From Trichosphaerium sp. ATCC 40318 (Eukaryota; Protista; Tubulinea), in contig JALMLS010000420.1 of NCBI GenBank assembly GCA_038496445.1, positions 558,001-622,000 of the forward strand: DNA of 64,000 nucleotides, read 5' to 3'. How positions within the stretch are numbered: the first letter of the stretch is position 1; the number at the start of each line of letters is the position of its first letter. The notes beneath the pieces are model-generated. The model ran no database searches. It was not told the origin of the DNA and saw only the letters and a list, made by a program, of their open reading frames with translations. A program made the position numbers and the translations under genes. Of this stretch, positions 61,537 to 64,000 are shown piece by piece.

Positions 61537-64000
61537 ATGTCCTATTATTCTAACCAAGACGAACATTTAAACTACCAAGGAAGTACTGGTGACCCTCAGA
61601 GCTACAGAAGCAATGCAAGGTAAGTACACCTCAAATAGACAGATCCCATAAATGGTTGCATACTTCGCCTAACGGGCGCGTACATGTCAAAAATAGCGTC
61701 CTTGCACTATCTGTGTTTAGTTGTTGATCATTTTGTAGTGACTACCTAGCAGTTTCTGAGGCGTCATCGCAAGGTATGTAGTACTTCTCTATGCAAATGC
61801 TACCTTTGTTTGTATTTTTAAAGCCTTACCCAACAATAGGTGGTGAACGCAAGTTTTCCAAGGTGCTCAAAATACACCTAACTGATGGTCAATCGAGTAT
61901 GTTCGTTAGACCCGAACAAACATTGGAACAAGTACTAAAAAAGCTATGTGGTAAGAGAAACGGTCTTACAATAGAAGATTACATCCCACAGGTGCGTCTA
62001 CAGCTAAAATACTTATTTTCCATAAAACTGAGGACAGACAGCGAATTTAGTGTGTCAAAAATTACCATTTACGCTATTAGAACTTCTCTGGCGTGGAACT
62101 AGATATTAATTCTCGCCTGGGCGATTTATGTATTTCAGAAATGAATTTCCGAGTTAAGAGACGTACGAAAACCGCGCTAGTCTGTTTTTTAACCTCGAAC
62201 ACATAGCTGTACAATCTACACCGCGTAGAGAATCAATTGCAAGTCAAGCAAGTCAGCCAACGCAACCAGCTCAACCAACAAGCGCAAGAGCACCAGTAGT
62301 AGCGCCAATAGCTAAAAGTAATCCTTTATTTTTGTAATTCCAAAAACCGAAAAGAAAACTTACTTTTTTTTGTAGTAGCTAAACGTGTCAAATGTCATAC
62401 AGCTTTTGAGCCAGAAGGTGATACTGAGGTTCAAATAAAGCCTGGAGATGTAATAGACATCATCAAAGAAGCAGATTCTGGTTGGTGGAAAGGAGTCAAT
62501 ACCCGTAGCGGCGAAGAAGGTAGGCGCTTGTAGCAGAGTTTCCATTTTTTAATTGTTTTTTTTCAAAAAAGGTTGGTTTCCACCAGCGTATGTCACAGAA
62601 ATAAAAGAAGAACCAAAGAAACCATTAGGCGTTGTAACAGCACCAAGAGGTATACATTTATAGTCAATTTCCATTACTTATTTGGTTTTTGTAGATTTGC
62701 AACAGTCGGCTGGATTTTTCGCGAAAGGACCTAGTCCTAAGAAAACACCAAGTTTAATGCCACCAAAGCAACCTAGGTACATGACCATGAGGAGAAGGAG
62801 TGTTGTTTAAATCTAACCTGAGTTAGCCTTGGTATTCAAACTGCGCCACACGCTGCAAAACCTGCGCCTGCGCCTGCATCATCTGGATCAATTTATGGTG
62901 CATTTCCACCTTCCACATCTACTTCTGGTCGAAAGTTTGCCACTCCACCAAAATTTGCTCCTCCAAAGGCACCTATGGTGCGGTACAACTCCCAGAGCAA
63001 TGTTCGCGCTGGCGCCGGTAAAGTGACCTTTCATCCGAGGTAATAGCTTGAATACTTTGTCGTTCGAAAACTAACTACCCTTTCAGCACGCAAAAGCGAC
63101 CACAAGTGGCCGCTGCACCTGATCATAAATTTAACAAAGGGTACAGCGTGGGAGCAGCACCATCGACATACGGTGCTATACCTAGAGAAAAGCCTTTTTC
63201 GCGGCCTGAGCCTGTAGCTAAAGCTGCACCTACTACATCAGGATATGGAAGTATTCCAAGCTCATCTACATCGCCTGTACCTGCAAAACGTCCTGTACCT
63301 ACTAGCTTCCAAGGACCTTCAGTACAAGCAGAGTTTAACAAACCAAACCCTAAACAAGCGCCATCATCTTATGGGTACATTTGGTTTTATTTGCTTCCTC
63401 TTTTTTCTTGTAGACTTCTATTTCTTACGTTGTGATTTAGTGCGTTTCCTGTTCGTCAAGGGTCAGCTAAAGTACCTACGTCATTCAACCCTCCTAGTGA
63501 CAAAGCACCAGCAAAGAAAGCTTTCAACCCAGCAGCTAAGAAGAATGGTTTTGGACCAAAGAAAAATGGTTTGCGTGTTTTTCCAAAAAGGACTATCCCT
63601 AGTTTTGGTGGCGGCAGAAAGCGACCTGTTTCATCGTATGGAGCATTCCCTGCTACCCGACCAGCCAAGAGACCGGCTGCTATACCTCCAAAGAAGCGTA
63701 TAATGGCCAAAAGACCTATCCCTCGAGAATTTTCGCCCGGAAGAAAGATAAACCCTGTCTCTCCTCCAGTAGTGTCTAAGCCTGCTGTTGATGTCAGTGT
63801 CCAGGCAAATGTTACTGCGCCACCATCTGGCATCCCTCGAAAACCTAGTGGTCGTCCAACATCACCAAACATGCCACCACCAACACAATACACATCTGCT
63901 CCAACAAGACCTCCAGCACAGCCTTCTCCTGCTCCTGCTCCTGCTCCTCAGGTGGTAGCACCCACTGCAACCGTTACTGCACCTCAGGTGAGTACTATAG
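61537..64000 (+). CDS. Ras-binding (RBD) + SH3 + proline-rich adaptor protein, runs off the window
   Basis: LKIHLTDGQSSMFVRPEQTLEQVLKKLCGKRNG; SH3 CHTAFEPEGDTEVQIKPGDVIDIIKEADSGWWKG...GWFPPAYV; long Pro-rich tail. Confidence 0.85.

Noticed and set aside
1-64000. CRISPR arrays, rRNA, tRNA, transposase or reverse transcriptase genes
   Set aside because: None recognised by eye; small RNA genes could have been missed without a covariance-model search

Overview
AT-rich, gene-dense eukaryotic DNA with many short (about 35-200 nt) GT-AG introns, so the ORF track shows only exon fragments. Gene content is most consistent with an amoebozoan-type protist (inference). I joined exons by eye into about 24 gene models, so boundaries are approximate. 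The main result is an intron-containing gene (27674-32558) fusing a bacterial GshB-type ATP-grasp ligase to a complete cyanophycin-synthetase (CphA) scaffold. Its G domain looks intact, while the N-domain primer site and the Mur-ligase domain look degenerate. It lies head-to-head (about 190 bp) with a bacterial-type S9 serine peptidase, suggesting a eukaryotic peptide-polymer synthesis/turnover module. Other highlights: a TrpE-TrpG fused anthranilate synthase with substitutions at both Trp-feedback motifs, a GT-AT U12-type intron in LSm5, a bacterial-like CBM6/DUF5060 gene with a local partial duplicate, two Trp-rich helical-repeat proteins (one ending in a nuclease/RAP-like domain), and enrichment of the palindrome TCACGTGA in non-coding DNA.
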